NCBI RefSeq assembly: GCF_018350175.1
Contig: NC_058368.1
Span: 187,552,001-187,616,000, forward strand
DNA length: 64,000 nucleotides
Direction: 5' to 3'
Origin: Felis catus
Lineage: Eukaryota
The position numbers and the translations under genes were made by a program. Positions 25,350 to 36,101 of the stretch are shown piece by piece. Position 1 is the first letter of the stretch. Every line of letters starts with the position of its first letter. The notes under the pieces were generated by a model. It saw nothing but the letters and a program-made list of their open reading frames with translations. It did no database searches and was not told where the DNA came from.

Positions 25350-25800
25350 CCTGGGGCGCGGGGGGGGGGGGGGGGGGAGGGGGGCGGGGAACCTCGAGAT
25401 CTCGCGATTTCAACGTCGCGTGGGAGCCTGAGTTCCTCCCCTCCACAAGATGTTAATGCGCATGTTGCCGCTCGTCCGGAAACTACCGAAGTGGCTGCCG
25501 GGAGAGGGCGGGACAACAGGAAGTAAACATTGACGGACTGAGCTCGTCTCTGTCGGAAGCCTTTGGGGTCGGCTGTGGCGGACTGGGTGAGGAAATGTGG
25601 GAATTTGGGGATCGAGAAGAAGTGAAGCTAGAAAACTCTGGAAAATAGGCTGAAGGCTCCTAATTCTTAGATATATCCTTACGGAAGTGATGAACGCCAG
25701 GTCGAGGGGGAAACGGGGATTGGGGACCGAGAAAGAAGCCGCCGTCCTAGGCCTCAGACACTTTACTTGTGCCCAGCCAGACCAGGAGTGCGTCTTCAGT
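25350..25800 (+). promoter_or_regulatory. SLU7: SLU7 CpG-rich promoter and non-coding exon 1 (probable donor GG|GTGAGG, exon end 25586)
   Basis: CpG-rich; TCTCGCGA 25400-25407, TGCGCATG (NRF1-like), ETS-type GGAAG motifs, GC box, long G tract. Confidence 0.75.
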
Positions 25801-27224
25801 GGTTTTTAGAGTATGAATTATCAGATGTTGGAGGTGCACTGTCCAGCTATGTTAGGGGGACAGTGTTGTTGGGGATTAGTCTGAATACCTATAAAATCTG
25901 TCAGATTTTAATTTTTTTTAATGTTTATTTATTTTTGAGACAGAGAGAGAGCATGAATGGGGGAGGGGCAGAGAGAGAGAGGGAGACACAGAATCGGAAG
26001 CAGGCTCCAGGCTCTGAGCCATCAGCCCAGAGCCCCACGCGGGGCTCAAACTCACAAACCGTGAGATCGTGACCTGAGCTGAAGTCGGACGCTCAACCGA
26101 CTGAGCCACCCAGGCGCCCCCAAAAAATCTGTCAGATTTTAAAGACTTACCGTAGTTTCTCTTATATTAAGAGAAACTGCTTTTTTTTTTTTTTTTTTTT
26201 TTTTTTACTATCTTAATATGACTACTGGAATGCTTAAAATGATGTATGAGGCTGGCATTATATTTCTCTTGGACAGTGCCACATTGAAGGATTTTAAGCT
26301 TGTGCAGTAGTAGGACATGGTATGATTAAATACGTGTTTTGAAAAAATAACACTGCAGTGTGGAGAACTGATTGGAGAGACTGACAGAAGACCCATAAGA
26401 AAGGAAAGTAATAACTTACACTGAAATGGTAGCATTGAGAATAGAGAGAAGTAGATAAATTTGAGTGCTATTCAGAAGGTGAAAATAACAATACTTAGTG
26501 ATGAAATAGATGTGGAGATTAGCTGGGACACATATGTAAACGAATGAATGGTATTTTTCATTAAGAGAGGAAACAGGGGCGCCTGGGTGGCTCAGTCGGT
26601 TAAGCGTCCGACCTCAGCTCTGGTCATGATCTCCAGTCCGTGAGTAGAGCCCCGCGTCGGGCTCTGGGCTGATGGCTCAGAGCCTGGAGCCTGCTTCCGA
26701 TTCTATGTCTCCTTCTCTGTCTGTCCCTCCCCCGTTCATGCTCTCTCTCTGTCTCAAAAATAAATAAACGTTAAAAAAAAATTAAAAAAAGAGAGGAAAC
26801 AGTGAATGGAGATGAGATTTCATGGAGGAGATCATGAGTTTCAATTAAGATTTGTTGAGTTTAGGTATCACTAAGACCTCTAAGTGAAGATGCTATGAAG
26901 TAAGCAATTGGAATATATGTATATGAAACTCAGATAAAAGATCTGGAGAGGAGATGTAAGTTGGAGAGCCAACAGTGATGTATTGTGGCTATGAAGCCTT
27001 AGAAATAGATGACTGATGGAGTCCTGAGTAATGAAAGAGACTCTAGCATTGAGCCCTGTAGAATGCAAAATCAAATAACTAGGCAGACCTAGATGAACCT
27101 GCAAAGGAGACAGGAGCAGCAAGAGAGAGTCAAGAAAAAACAGGAGAGTATAGTGTTACTTACGCCAAGGGATAAGAATATTTCAAGAGGGAAGGAACAG
27201 AACTGAAAAATGTATAGTGGATTT

Positions 27225-28186
27225 TGCCGGAGACCTGCTCCAGCAGTCAGGGTCCTGTTGGGATGGGTGGACGTCGGCGAAGGAAGTCACACTTCAGTTT
27301 CTGCACATCAGCCTTTATTGCAGGTAGCGAAGGAGTTATTTATCACTTGGGGACCGGAGTCTTAACAGGTGGGGGATGACTAATTCTACATGATAGGCAT
27401 GAGGCAGACATGAGTGCACCGACATATATAGTCTAACATGATTATTTCCAGGGAAAGGGGAAGGTACAAAGTTCACAGAAAGTTCCTCAAAGGTTATTTC
27501 CTCAGTTTACATAAGGTAGATACAATGAAAAGAAATCTTTAACAATGTCACAAACAGGGTCATTTATCTTATTACAATTCTCGTGTAAAGTTCACCAGGT
27601 TTTCAGGGTCATGATAACTTTTCTAAGAAGCTTTACAATGTTGTTGTGTTCATATTGACGCAGTCAGAGTTTTACAATTTATTTATACACATTAGGGTAC
27701 AGGTTGTCTTCTAATCCATTGTACACTTCACAGTGGCAACCTTTAGGATTAGTTATAAACTTAGAACATAATACATTGCCAGGGGCAACATCCAAACATA
27801 TCTTTGACTAATTTCCAAGGAACTTTCCATGCAGTATATCTAGTACTAGTAGGATGACTTACAGAATAATATTTCTGATTATAAATGAACCCAATACAAG
27901 GTGATTGAAAACCCCCTTTCAATTTCCTCTGGTAAAGTCCCCTCATCCCATGATTAGTATAAGGGCCCCAATCACTCCACATACACATATTACCCATGGG
28001 ATCTTGTCTATATTTTACATATGTCTCCCATTTCCAGGCTTCCCCAAGAGTCAGAACTAAAGAGGACAGTAAGAGCAATAGCAGCATGTGGTTTGACGAT
28101 GGTCCACTGCCTTGCAGTGGTTTCCAAAAGAGGATCTTTATCCTCATGGCAGTGCTGAATGAGACTTCATTCGGCTGGTTCCTTCA
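27225..28186 (-). mobile_element. Solo retroviral LTR (962 bp), betaretrovirus/class II-like, antisense in SLU7 intron 1
   Basis: TG...CA termini; perfect 6-bp TSD GGATTT (27219-27224 and 28187-28192); on - strand TATATAT at 27430-27424 and AATAAA at 27319-27314; interrupts an L2-like sequence. Confidence 0.88.
27761..28147 (-). CDS. Putative LTR U3-encoded secreted/membrane protein, 128 aa (108 aa from second Met at 28087)
   Basis: GCCATG start, hydrophobic segment MLLLLLLSSLVLTLGEA, then a 91-aa Trp/Tyr/Cys-rich domain; lies entirely within U3 of the LTR. Confidence 0.5.
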   Translation of the reverse strand: MRIKILFWKPLQGSGPSSNHMLLLLLLSSLVLTLGEAWKWETYVKYRQDPMGNMCMWSDWGPYTNHGMRGLYQRKLKGGFQSPCIGFIYNQKYYSVSHPTSTRYTAWKVPWKLVKDMFGCCPWQCIMF

Positions 28187-28693
28187 GGATTTAGTACATT
28201 GATCATTGATACCTTAGTGGTAATTCTTTAGAGAGGTAGAGGATGGAAGCTAAATTAGAGTGATTGAGGAGGGAAGTAGAAGATGAGGAAATAGAGTCAG
28301 CGGATATAGATAATTCTTAAGGCATTTCGTCTTTAAGGAAAACAGGACATTGTTTACTCATGTAAGGTAATGTGTTGGTAAAGTCTGAGACACACATAGA
28401 GAAATTCAGGAATGTTAATGAAAGAGTCTTATGAAATTTTGAGTACATGTCTATATATTTCTCTGCATTTATAAATTAGAGTTGAGGGAGGAACTACAGA
28501 TGGTAAATAGAGACTTTGTGGAGGGGAACGAGACCCTTCCCTTACAGATACTATAAGAACTTATGAAATATATAAGCCAGACTGTAGTATATGTTATTAG
28601 GATGTACTTTTAATAGTTTTACTGATGAATTCATGAAGGCCTACTTTATACTAATATGTATTTCATTCTTTTCATAGAGGGGTCCAGATAACC

Positions 28694-28863
28694 ATGTCAG
28701 CTGCAGCTGTAGATGCAGTTAATGCGGCCCCCCTGTCGGGGTCCAAAGAAATGAGTCTGGAGGAACCAAAGAAGATGACCAGAGAGGACTGGAGAAAGAA
28801 GAAGGAGTTAGAAGAGCAGCGGAAACTGGGTAATGCTCCTGCAGAAGTTGATGAAGAAGGAAA
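28694..28863 (+). CDS. SLU7: SLU7 coding exon 1 ([56 protein letters not shown])
   Basis: ACCATG start at 28694; AA|GTAAGT donor. Confidence 0.95.
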
Positions 28864-31800
28864 GTAAGTTATTTCATTATCTGCATGATCTGTTCATTCA
28901 GAATTCAGATTTATGGGGCGCCTGGGTGACTCAGTCGGTTAAGCGTCTAACTCCTGGTTTCCATTCAGGTTACGGTCTTAAGGTTTGTGAGATTGAGCCC
29001 CGTGTCTGGCTCTGCGCTGACCCCACATAGAGCCTGCTTGGGATTCTCTCTCTCCCTTTCTGTTTCTGCCTTTCCCTCATGCACATGTGCACGTGCTCTC
29101 TCTCTCAAAGTAAATAAATAAACATTTTTTAAAAATTCAAATTTATGTCCACGTAGTTGAGTAGTTTTTCATCCTTTGCTTTCACAGGAAGCTATCTTTA
29201 CCATTTACCTTCTTTTTGTTTTTATTATTTTATCAAATTCATATATGTAAGGTTTAATAAAAAAATACTGAAGGACTTACAATGTATAGCAGCCATCCCT
29301 TTCAACCCCTCCCACTCCTTGTTCCACCTCTGCAAATCTTCTAAATCTTTCTGTTTTGAGTTTTTCTGGTTGATACTTCCACATCTCTAAATAATGTACC
29401 TACATCATTGTTTTAATCAACTCTAGACATTATTAGCTAGCTTCTTACTCTTTTATGAGACATTATTTACTAACATACATCTGTGTCTTCCATATCTATC
29501 TCCTCACTTCAGTTCTATCACTATTCTTAGTTTCTATATTGGAATTTTTTCAATCTAAAATAAAGTATAAATTACTTTGCTTATTTTTCTTTTTTTTTTT
29601 TTTCTATATTATAGAGATACCAAGCATATTCTCTTCCCTCTCCCTCCCACTGCATTATCTCAGGCCTTAGAGTCTATAAAGGCTACCTTTGTAATTGTAA
29701 TATCAACTATTTTCAAACTTTTTTTCTTTTTTACATGTTTATTTATTTTTGAGAGAGAGAGGGAGACAGCATGAGTAAGCACAAGTGGGAAGAGGCGGAG
29801 AGAGAAGGAGAGAATCCCAAGCAAGCTCCACATTGTCAGCACAGAGCCCTATGCAAAGCTCGATCTCATGAACCGTGAGATCATGACCTGAGCCAAAATC
29901 AAGAGTCAGATGCTTGATCAACTGAGCCACCCAAGCACCCCTCAAACTTTATTCTTTTTTTTTTTTCTTTTTAACATTTATTTATTTTTGAGACAGATAG
30001 AGACAGAGCATGAGCAGGGGAGGGTCAGAGAGAGAGGGAGACACAGAATCCAAAACAGGCTCCAGGCTCTGAGCTGTCAGCCCAGACCCCAATGTGGGGC
30101 TCGAACTCACAGACCGCGAAATCATGACCTGAGCCGAAGTTGGACGCCCAACCGACTGAGCCACCCAGGCGCCCCCAAACTTTATTCTTTAAAAACATAT
30201 ATATATTTTTTTAATTACAGAGACATCAACCCTCATATACCTCAGTATATTTCTTCAGTGCCATGGTATATTGATCCATCAAAAAGACCTACTTTAAAGC
30301 ACCAGAGACCACAACCAGAGAAGCAGAAGCAATACAGCTCATCTGGAGAATGGTACAAGAGGGGTGTAAAAGAGGTATGTGGGCAACTTTTATATATATC
30401 CTTTTGGAAATGGAGATTTTATTTTAAGAACTTAATATAAGAACCTTCGATACTATGTTAAATTGAAACAGATTATATAATCTTTTACCTGAGATTAAAA
30501 TTCACAATACATACTATTTTAGTTTGTGTTTTCTTTTATAAATTTTATGTTGCTAAAGTACGTAATTTTCTCATTTGTAAAGTATGGAGACTCTAACTCG
30601 TTTTTCTCTTAATGAGTCAGTCACTTCATTAGATAATATAGTAGTGAGAGCCAAAATTATTTCTAATTTATTCAGATAATTAGAATATTTTGTTTTTCTT
30701 TATATCCATTTATAGAATTCCATAACTACTAAGTACCGCAAGGGAGCATGTGAAAATTGTGGGGCCATGACACACAAAAAGAAAGACTGCTTTGAGGTAA
30801 GCTCACCTTTGAGAATTTTAGAAACTTGTCAGAGTCTCTTTTATTCTTCCTTGTCAGATTAATTCTATTTTTCTAAAATTACCTAAATTTTGGTACAAGT
30901 TAAAAAAAAATTAATTTGAGTGAAATTAGATTAGCACCATCAGAATTTACTGCTGGGAGAGTAACTGATAACTGAACAGACCATAAACTCCCATGGTGTG
31001 TTTATGCTTGCTTTGTAAAGGTCATCTGAAATTTTCCTCTGGGCTACAGGAACTTAGGGAAAGACTTTATTTTATTTTATTTTATTTTATTTTATTTTAT
31101 TTTATTTTATTTTATTTTATTTCCCAGAGACCTAGGCGAGTTGGAGCAAAATTTACAGGTACTAATATAGCTCCAGATGAGCATGTCCAGCCCCAGCTGA
31201 TGTTTGACTATGATGGGAAGAGGGACCGGTGGAATGGCTACAATCCAGAGGAACACATGAAAATTGTAGAAGAATACGCCAAAGTTGATCTGGTGAGCAA
31301 AGTTCCCTGCTTTCCCACACTCCTTAAAAAATGTACATTTTGCTGTACCACTGGTTTAGCAACTCTATTTTTTTGTCTTCAAGCAATATAAAAATGGTAG
31401 CATTTTTATAATAGTAGTAGTAGGCCTAACGGAATAGTGAAGATGAAATGGGCTAGCCCTATTGGCAGCAGTGTCTTATTTGATTCTTATATTGTTTTTT
31501 GATTCCTGAGGTTGCAGAAGATATTGGAAGCATGAGAACAGATTTAGTATCTAAAGCTTTTGGCTTTTTAAGGTTATAAACTCTTGCCCCCCCGTATACA
31601 CACACACTGCATCTTGCCCATAGACCTATTTTTACCGTTGTCTCACATAGCATTTGAGAGAGGTGAGAGGGGAATAGGATAACTCATTTCAGAAAATCGA
31701 ATTTTATTTTAATTCAATTTCAGTTTTTTTCTGTTATGATTTTACCTACTCATCCCCATTCCTTAAAATCCATAGTCACGCTGCCGTTTTCTTTTTTTTA

Positions 31801-32510
31801 AGTAGAGTTTACATTTAAAAATCATGGGATTTCGTATAATGTAAGTTTCATCTCTTCTTGAACAATGATATGGTAATCCTGGGTCTGACTGGCAAGAGTC
31901 AGTCATCTGGAGTCAGGTGACAGCTGCTCCTTCTGAACTTAGCTTGTTCTCTGCAGTTTAATCACTGCTGCTGTTTGGCTCAGTTTATATTAATGCTTGG
32001 TTCAAACAGGAGTTTGTAACTCCTGTTTCGAAACCATAGATCTGGAGCTACAAGAAATCCCAAAGAGACGACCTTGTTTAGTGAACTTTCTGAACGCAAT
32101 AAATTTGTTGATTTTAAATATAAAAAAACTAAATGTTCATTTGAATGTTGTAAAGTTAATTTCAAATGTTTCCTTTTTTATTAGGCAAAACGAACACTGA
32201 AAGCCCAGAAACTCCAAGAAGAATTAGCCTCAGGGAAATTAGTGGAACAAGCTGTAAGTAATAAAAATGATCAATAAAAAAATTCAAACTCTTAGCAAAC
32301 AAAAATGAAAATTGAAACAAGAATTCATTTTATCTCTCCAGTTAGAAAAGATTTTAGCAGGGGCACCAGAGTGGCTCAGTCAGTTAAGCATCCAACTTCA
32401 GCTCAGGTCATGATCTCTCACGGTTCATGATTTCGAGCCCCACATTCAACTATCTGCTGTCAGCACAAAGCCCGCTTCAGATACTCTGGCTCCCTCTCCC
32501 CTGTGTGCAC

Positions 32511-32559
<49 letters not shown>

Positions 32560-34240
32560 CTCTCTTCTCTCCTCTCTCTTCTCTCCTCTCTCTTCTCTCT
32601 TCTCTCTCTGTCTCTTGCAAAAACAAAATAAACATTAAAAAAAAAAAACAAGATTTTAGGGACAGAGAAGTGCTATTGAGAGGAAAGAGTAAAACTGGCA
32701 CTCATACCATTCATGAGAATATACCTTGACACAATCATTTTGTAAAGAATGTTGCCATAAAATATTTATATACGTTTTCTGGAATTAAATTAGTAGATCT
32801 TTCAATCCTAAAGAATTTTCTAGTAATCAGGAGAAAGTCATATATGCAAAGATGTTCATTGTAGCACTTTTTAAGATAGCAAGAAATTGAAATAGCTTAA
32901 ATAGGAATGGGGAATTGGTGAAGTAAACTGTCCTGCATCTGCATGATAGAATGGGGCATGGCTCTTTTTTTTAAATTTTAATGTTTATTTTTGAGAGAGA
33001 CAAAGCGTGAGCAGGCAAGGGGCAGAGAGAGAGACACACACAGAATCTGAAACAGGCTCTGGGCTCTGAGCTGTCGGCACAGAGCCCAACATGAGGCTTG
33101 AACTCATGAACCACGGGATCATGACCTGAGTCGAAGTCAGATGCTCAACCGACTGAGCCACCCAGGCGCCCCTGGGGCATAGCTCTTAAAATCTTTATAA
33201 CAACAGTGGGTAACACTTACATTTAAATAACACATGAAAAAATATTGTAATATCACATAGGAAAAAAGATAAGAATACTAATTCTCATCTCATCCAGTGT
33301 AGAATTAGTAAATTTTTCTTTGTATTTTTACTATTGCTTCCTACATTTTCCATAATGACTATAATAATTTTATAGGTGAATAAAACAATTTTTGACTAAA
33401 AAAATTTTATAGTAAAAAGATGTATTGCAGCCAATTTTTTATTCATGACAACTTAATAGTTAATGTATATTATGCTTATTAAAAGTTTTTTTTTAACAAA
33501 TTTATGGCACATATAAAAAACATTTGGAGTTTAAATTTCTAAAAGGAATTCTTGCCAAGTATGAATTAGAAACAGACCTAAGTAAGCACCAAGCGAACAG
33601 TCCCTGAGGCCACTTAGCGAACAGTCCCTGAGGCTCACAGCACAGGTTAACAGATAGATGCTAAAATCCAGCTCTGTCCTTGGCTAGCTAGGTGATCGTA
33701 GAAAAATTAATTTGCTTCTCTGAGCCTCAGTTTGTCATCTCTCAAACAGAGATAACATGTACCCTTCAGGAGGTTTAGCATTCATATCACATAGTAAGTA
33801 AACATTTGGTAATTCATAACTGTTGTTACCACCAATTCTGGAAAAAGGAAAATGGCCTATTTCTTTTGTTCTAATATATTCTCTGTTGTTTATTGTAAAC
33901 ATAGTATAATTTAGTTGCCCAGTAAGCATACTTAAATGTATACAGGGGACTGTATTTTTGACCACTTCAGTACTTGGATATTAACTACATACATAGGAGA
34001 AAAGTCTACTGTAGAGATTGAACTTTCTGTACAGCATCATAAATTTTTTTGTGGTTGAACTCGCAACTTGTGGGAACTCCAAAAAACAATTATTTTTTTT
34101 AAAAAACAGAGGTGCCTGGATGTCTTAGTTGGTTAAGCATCCAACTCTTGACTTTGGCTCAGGTCATGATCTCACAGATTATGAGATCAAGTCCTGTGTC
34201 AGGCTCTGTGCTAATAACACAGAGCCTACTTGGTATTCTT

Positions 34241-34276
<36 letters not shown>

Positions 34277-36054
34277 CCATCCCTGCTCACGTACACTCTC
34301 TTCTCTCTCTCTCTCTCTCAAAATAAATAAATAAACTTAAAAAATAAAAGAAAAAACGGGCACCTAGGCCGCTCAGTTGGTTAAGTGTCTGACTCTTGAT
34401 TTCAGCTGAGGTCATAATCCCAGGGTCGTGGGATCGAGCCCGACACCAGGCTCCACACTCCACGCTGAGTGTAGAGCCTGCTTAAGATTCTCTCTGTCTC
34501 TCTGCCCCTCTCCTTTCTTATTCTCTAAACCAAAAATAAAAATAACTGAAGAACATTTAAAAGAACACGTAATTCTGGGAGGCCTGGCTGCCTCAGTCAG
34601 TAAGGCTTGTGACTCTTTATCTCAGGCTTGTGAGTTCAAACCCCATGTTGGGTGTAGAAATTACTTAAAAAATGAAATCTTTATTTAAAAAAATGATTCT
34701 GAAAGTAACACATATGCAGTGAAAGAAATTTTAGAAAAATTATAAGGATGAAAGTATCTCCTATTTTAACTATTAACATTTTGAGGTAGGCCTTTCTAGG
34801 TCCCACTCCACCTACCCCTATATATCTATATATGTGTGTAATGATAATACAACTTGTTTTTTATGTGGATTTCATCTTTGCATACTTATCACCTCTTTCA
34901 GTTAAACGATAGAGGCAATGAGATCATGTTTTCTGTGTAATTAAATAAATATAGACCTATTTATTTTTATATAAATTCACATGGTATTATATAAAACTCA
35001 GAGTAATTTAAGAAGATATGCAGTGGGGCGCCTGGGTGGCGCAGTCGGTTAAGCGTCCGACTTCAGCCAGGTCACGATCTCGCACTCCGTGAGTTCGAGC
35101 CCCGCGTCAGGCTCTGGGCTGATGGCTCAGAGCCTGGAGCCTGTTTCCGATTCTGTGTCTCCCTCTCTCTCTGCCCCTCCCCCGTTCATGCTCTGTCTCT
35201 CTCTGTCCCAAAAATAAATAAACGTTGAAAAAAAAAAATTTAAAAAAAAATAAAAATAAAAAAAATAAAAAAAAAAGAAGATATGCAGTAAAAAGTCTCC
35301 CATCCTTGCCTCCATTCATCCTATCTCAAAACCTCACCACCCCCCCATAATCTGTTTTTCTTGTGGATACTTTCAGAGTTTCTTACATAAATACAAACAA
35401 AAACAAATATATAATGTTATTCCCATCTCTTTCTCCCTTTTTAACAGCAAAAAAAATAACAGCAAAAAAGAAAGGGGGTAGCAAATTATATGTTTTTTTC
35501 CTGCAGATTGAATAGAATCACTTTCACGGTTTTTTGGGGGAGGGGGGAGAGTTCAAGCATGAGCAGGGGAAGGGCAGAGGAAAAGAGAGAGAGAGAGAAT
35601 CCTAAGCAGGCTCCATGCCCAGTGTGGAGCCAGGAACGGGCTCATCTCATGACCGTGAGATTATGACCTCAGCTGAAACCAAGAGTTGGACACCTAACTG
35701 ACTGAGTCACCCAGGTGCCCCAGATAGAATCACCTTAATGGATGTTCAGTGTTCATCAAGTATAGTAATGTATATAACCAATTATCTATTATTAAGTTGA
35801 TTTTTTTCCCAAATTTTTGATACTATATATGATACTATAAATCACATTCTTGTACATATCTCTTTATATAATTGATGTATTATTCCCTTAGAGTAAATTC
35901 CTTAATGTGTAGTTGTTGACACAGTGAGTATTTTATTTAATATTTTGGTGTCATATCACTTAGATACCATTCAGGAGAGCTGCTCAAATTTATGCTCTCA
36001 CCAATATATTGTATATGTATCTATATCTATCATTCTATTTATATAGGGAGAATG

Positions 36055-36101
<47 letters not shown>

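Larger units (their letters stand above)
26230..28340 (-). mobile_element. L2 remnant interrupted by a SINE and by the solo LTR
   Basis: Purine-rich L2-like sequence continuous across the GGATTT TSD. Confidence 0.55.

Noticed and set aside
22210..25350. PTTG1-SLU7 as a classical bidirectional promoter
   Set aside because: The two CpG-rich starts are about 3.4 kb apart, separated by AT-rich, repeat-containing DNA, so they are separate promoters.
23335..33634. Short direct repeats as CRISPR-like arrays
   Set aside because: Only 2-3 units without unique spacers, in a eukaryotic context.
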